From: an uncultured Chloroflexia bacterium
Lineage (GTDB): Bacteria > Chloroflexota > Anaerolineae > CG2-30-64-16
Direction: 5' to 3'
Assembly: GCA_963837925.1 (NCBI GenBank)
Contig: CAWIPK010000008.1
Span: 90,708 to 154,707, forward strand
Length of the DNA: 64,000 bases
The translations under genes and the position numbers were made by a program. Each line of letters opens with the position of its first letter. Within the stretch, counting starts at the first letter, position 1. The notes under the pieces were generated by a model that was not told the DNA's origin, made no database searches, and saw nothing but the letters and a program-made list of their open reading frames with translations. Positions 60,788 through 64,000 of this stretch are shown one piece after another.

Positions 60788-62272
60788 GTGTCCCGCAGCC
60801 GCGTCATCGTCATCACAATCGGTGTGATGCTCGCCCTGTTCGTGTCCGCGGTCGAATCAACCGTGGTCGCGACTGCAATGCCGACGATCATCAGTCAATT
60901 GGGTGGCCTGGCGATCTATAGCTGGGTTTTCTCCGCCTACATGCTCACTTCGACCGTGACCGTGCCTATCTATGGCAAGCTGGCCGATCTGTACGGGCGC
61001 CGGCCGATCTTCCTGATCTCGATGACCCTGTTCCTGGCCGGCTCCTTCCTGAGCGGCCATTCGGCCGGCATGACCGAGCTTATCGTGTTCCGCACGCTGC
61101 AGGGGTTGGGCGCCGGTGGCCTGATCCCGCTCGCTTTCATCATCATCGGCGACCTGTTCAGTTTCGAGGAGCGGGCGCGCATGCAGGGCCTCTTTTCCGG
61201 CGTGTGGGGCGTCTCTTCGATCATGGGCCCGCTCCTGGGCGGTTTCCTGGTCGATCGCATTTCGTGGCATTGGGTGTTTTACGTCAACATCGGCCCCGGC
61301 ATCCTGGCGACGCTGCTGGTGATTTTCGGCTGGCATGAGGCGGCGGCCGCCCGTGCCGGCGGGTCGCGGCCGTCTCTGCCCATCGATTTTGCCGGCACCG
61401 CCCTGTTGAGCGGCGCCGTCGTCGCCCTGATGCTGGGGCTGTTCAACCTCAGCTCCATCCTCAGCGCCGGCCTACTGGCTCTGGCCGTCGCGCTGTTTGC
61501 CTGGCTGCTGCGGGTCGAGCGCCGTGCGCTTGATCCTATATTGCCCTTGCCCCTGTTCCGCAGTCGTCTGTTCCTCATCGCTTGCAGTCAGGGCCTGCTG
61601 GCCGGCTGGGCGATGTTTGGCGGCAGCTCTTTCGTCCCGCTCTTCGCGCAGGGTGTCCTCGGCGTCAGCGCGACTCTGGCCGGCGCTACCCTGACGCCCG
61701 AGATGCTGAGTTGGACCATCGCCAGCGTCATCGGCGGTCAACTGCTGCTGCGTTTCGGGTACCGCACTGTCGCGCTAGCCGGAATGGTCGCCCTGGTCGC
61801 CGGCAGCCTCTTGATGGCGCAGTTGAACGTGCACAGCACCTTGTCCGGGCTGATGGTCAGCTTCGCCCTGATGGGTGCCGGCATGGGTTTGTGCCTGCCG
61901 GCCTTTCTCATCGCCGTGCAGAATGACGTGCGCAGAGAGGTGATGGGGACGGCCACCGCCACGTTGCAATTCAGCCGCAGCATCGGCGGCACTATCGGCG
62001 TGAGCGTCATGGGTGCTGTGCTCAGTTGGCGTCTGGCAGCCGGACTGGTGGCAGCGGGCGTCGATCCCGCCACGGCCCCGCTCGGCGATCTGGTCGATCC
62101 GTTGACCGGCCCTGCCGTCGGCGCGGTCAGTGGCGCCCTCAAGATCGCCCTGGCGGGCGGTATTCGGGCCATTTTCGTCGTTGCCTTGCTGGCCGCCGGC
62201 GCGGGCCTTGTCGCGACTGCGTTCGCCCCGCGCGAACGGCTCGTGGCCCGGAAAGAAGGAGTGCCAAGTTGA
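60788..62272 (+). CDS. MFS drug/H+ antiporter (DHA2, 14-TM type)
   Basis: TVVATAMPTI, YGKLADLYGRR, RTLQGLGAGG, WHWVFYVN. Confidence 0.92.
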   Translation: MSRSRVIVITIGVMLALFVSAVESTVVATAMPTIISQLGGLAIYSWVFSAYMLTSTVTVPIYGKLADLYGRRPIFLISMTLFLAGSFLSGHSAGMTELIVFRTLQGLGAGGLIPLAFIIIGDLFSFEERARMQGLFSGVWGVSSIMGPLLGGFLVDRISWHWVFYVNIGPGILATLLVIFGWHEAAAARAGGSRPSLPIDFAGTALLSGAVVALMLGLFNLSSILSAGLLALAVALFAWLLRVERRALDPILPLPLFRSRLFLIACSQGLLAGWAMFGGSSFVPLFAQGVLGVSATLAGATLTPEMLSWTIASVIGGQLLLRFGYRTVALAGMVALVAGSLLMAQLNVHSTLSGLMVSFALMGAGMGLCLPAFLIAVQNDVRREVMGTATATLQFSRSIGGTIGVSVMGAVLSWRLAAGLVAAGVDPATAPLGDLVDPLTGPAVGAVSGALKIALAGGIRAIFVVALLAAGAGLVATAFAPRERLVARKEGVPS

Positions 62273-63747
62273 AGGTCTTGCTAGCCTATCCCGAGTTTCC
62301 CGACACGTTTTGGAGCTTCAAGCATGCTCTGCGCTTTATTCGCAAAAAGGCGGGCGCGCCGCCGCTGGGTCTGCTGACCGTGGCCGCCATGCTGCCCGCC
62401 GATTGGGAACTGCGCCTGATCGACCTGAATATCCAGCCGCTGAGTGAAGAAGATCTGTCCTGGGGCGATATGGTTTTCGTCAGCGCGATGGTCGTCCAGC
62501 GTGAGGGAAGCCGCCAGGCCATCCGGCAGTGTAAGGAGGCCGGCTTGAAGATCGTGGCCGGCGGTCCGCTCTTTACGGGCGAGTACGAGAGTTTCCCCGA
62601 GGTGGACCACTTCGTGCTAAACGAGGCGGAGCTGACGCTGGAACCTTTCCTGGCAGATTTATCTGCCGGCTGCGCCCAGCGCGTCTATGCCAATGCAGAG
62701 CACGCGGATATCCATACCACCCCGGCTCCCCGGTGGCGACTGGCCCAGCTCGAGCATTACGACAGCGTATCGATCCAGTTCTCGCGCGGGTGCCCGTTCA
62801 ACTGCGACTTCTGCAACATCACCGCCTTGCTCGGCCGCAAAGTACGCACCAAGACCACAGAGCAGATAATCGGCGAGCTGGAAGACCTGTACCGGGCAGG
62901 TTGGCGCAAGAACGTCTTCTTCGTCGACGACAACTTCATCGGCAACAAAAAGCTGCTGAAAGCCGAGGTACTGCCGGCGCTGATCAAATGGCGCAAGGGC
63001 AAGAAGGGCATGGCATTTAATACCGAGGTCTCGATCAACCTGGCCGACGACGATGAGCTATTGCGCCTGATGGCTGAGGCCGGCTTCAACACCGTATTTG
63101 TCGGCATCGAGACGCCCAGTGAGGCCAGCCTGCTGGAATGCAGTAAGTACCAGAACCGCAACCGCGACCTGGTCGCCAGCGTCAAGAAAATCCAGCGCGC
63201 CGGCCTGCAGGTCCAGGGCGGCTTCATCGTCGGCTTCGACAGCGATACCAGTTCGATCTTCCAGCAGCAGATCGACTTCATCCAGCGCAGCGGCATCGTG
63301 ACTGCGATGGTGGGCTTGCTGCAGGCACCGTACGGCACCCAGCTCTACGAGCGGATGAAGAACGAGGGCCGGCTGGCGGACGAGATGACCGGCGACAACG
63401 CCGACGGCTCGACCAACATCGTGCCAAAGATGGGGCTCGAGCAGTTGCGCCAGGGCTATCGCTGGCTGCTGGACCAGATCTACGCGCCTCAGCCCTACTA
63501 CGCGAGGGTCAGGACATTCCTGCGCGAATACAAGACTCCCCCGGTGAACGTCCACATCGAGCCGCAGTACGTGCTGGCCTTCTTCCGTTCTGCCTATCAG
63601 TTAGGCCTTAAGGGAAAAGAGCGCGCTCAATACTGGGGCCTCTTGGGTTGGACGCTCTTTCGCCGCCCGAAGCTCTTTCCCCTGGCCGTGACCCTTGCCA
63701 TCTATGGGTTCCACTTCCGCCGCGTGGCCGAGCTGCACGTGCAGTAG
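62269..63747 (+). CDS. B12-binding radical SAM protein (DUF4070/HpnP-like class)
   Basis: YPEFPDTFWSF, PPLGLLTVAA, SRGCPFNCDFC, FFVDDNF, VFVGIET, GGFIVGFD; TTG start overlaps the MFS stop. Confidence 0.9.
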   Translation: MKVLLAYPEFPDTFWSFKHALRFIRKKAGAPPLGLLTVAAMLPADWELRLIDLNIQPLSEEDLSWGDMVFVSAMVVQREGSRQAIRQCKEAGLKIVAGGPLFTGEYESFPEVDHFVLNEAELTLEPFLADLSAGCAQRVYANAEHADIHTTPAPRWRLAQLEHYDSVSIQFSRGCPFNCDFCNITALLGRKVRTKTTEQIIGELEDLYRAGWRKNVFFVDDNFIGNKKLLKAEVLPALIKWRKGKKGMAFNTEVSINLADDDELLRLMAEAGFNTVFVGIETPSEASLLECSKYQNRNRDLVASVKKIQRAGLQVQGGFIVGFDSDTSSIFQQQIDFIQRSGIVTAMVGLLQAPYGTQLYERMKNEGRLADEMTGDNADGSTNIVPKMGLEQLRQGYRWLLDQIYAPQPYYARVRTFLREYKTPPVNVHIEPQYVLAFFRSAYQLGLKGKERAQYWGLLGWTLFRRPKLFPLAVTLAIYGFHFRRVAELHVQ

Positions 63748-63906
63748 GGACGCGGCGAGAGGACCGGCCGGCGGGGACCGGACGCGTCTTGACTTATGAT
63801 CGGCCTGAATGGAGATGTTGCGCCGCCCCGTTCGGTCGTAGGGGAAGAAGATGTAAGCCATGCAGAAGGCACTGGCCTTCTCCCAGTCACAGTAGGAGAC
63901 TCTCGC

Positions 63907-64000
63907 ATGCCCGATCGCTCGAACCCTCGTAGGCCCAACCGACAGCGTCTAGCCTCAGGCAACGCGCAGCACGGCGGGGCGGCCAAACCGCCGGCGTCTG
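63907..64000 (+). CDS. Possible 5' fragment of a gene running off the window
   Basis: AGGAG RBS then ATG, frame open to the end of the window. Confidence 0.3.
   Translation, partial: MPDRSNPRRPNRQRLASGNAQHGGAAKPPAS

Overview
High-GC bacterial chromosomal window with no rRNA, tRNA, CRISPR or mobile element that I can support. A Chloroflexota/Anaerolineae-like origin is my inference only. In order: penicillin-acylase-family gene; Fe-ADH homologue that has lost all its metal ligands; soluble chemosensory operon (cheY-cheA-cheW-long sensorless MCP-PAS/HEAT-cheR-cheB-cheY-cheC); pyruvate oxidase/enolase/GMC/GH15 operon; GH-like/UroD-like/double-MBL/ROK cluster; orphan pyrH; membrane-anchored CHAT protease with an SH3 lipoprotein; a strong promoter-to-terminator unit of about 200 nt (candidate sRNA); pepF, heterodimeric ABC exporter and MFS. 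The best candidate for an undescribed system is 43.2-60.5 kb. It comprises an acyl-CoA dehydrogenase and a ~3000-aa megasynthase (KS-AT-second FabF-like KS-3xACP-KR-DH) whose three ACPs all carry Thr instead of the phosphopantetheine Ser. Directly downstream lies a transcarboxylase-type set with no biotin carboxylase (carboxyltransferase, 5S-like subunit, biotin carrier), then GTP-PEPCK and BioY, suggesting ATP-independent malonyl-CoA supply. Six single-base frameshifts in recognisable genes are probably sequencing errors.
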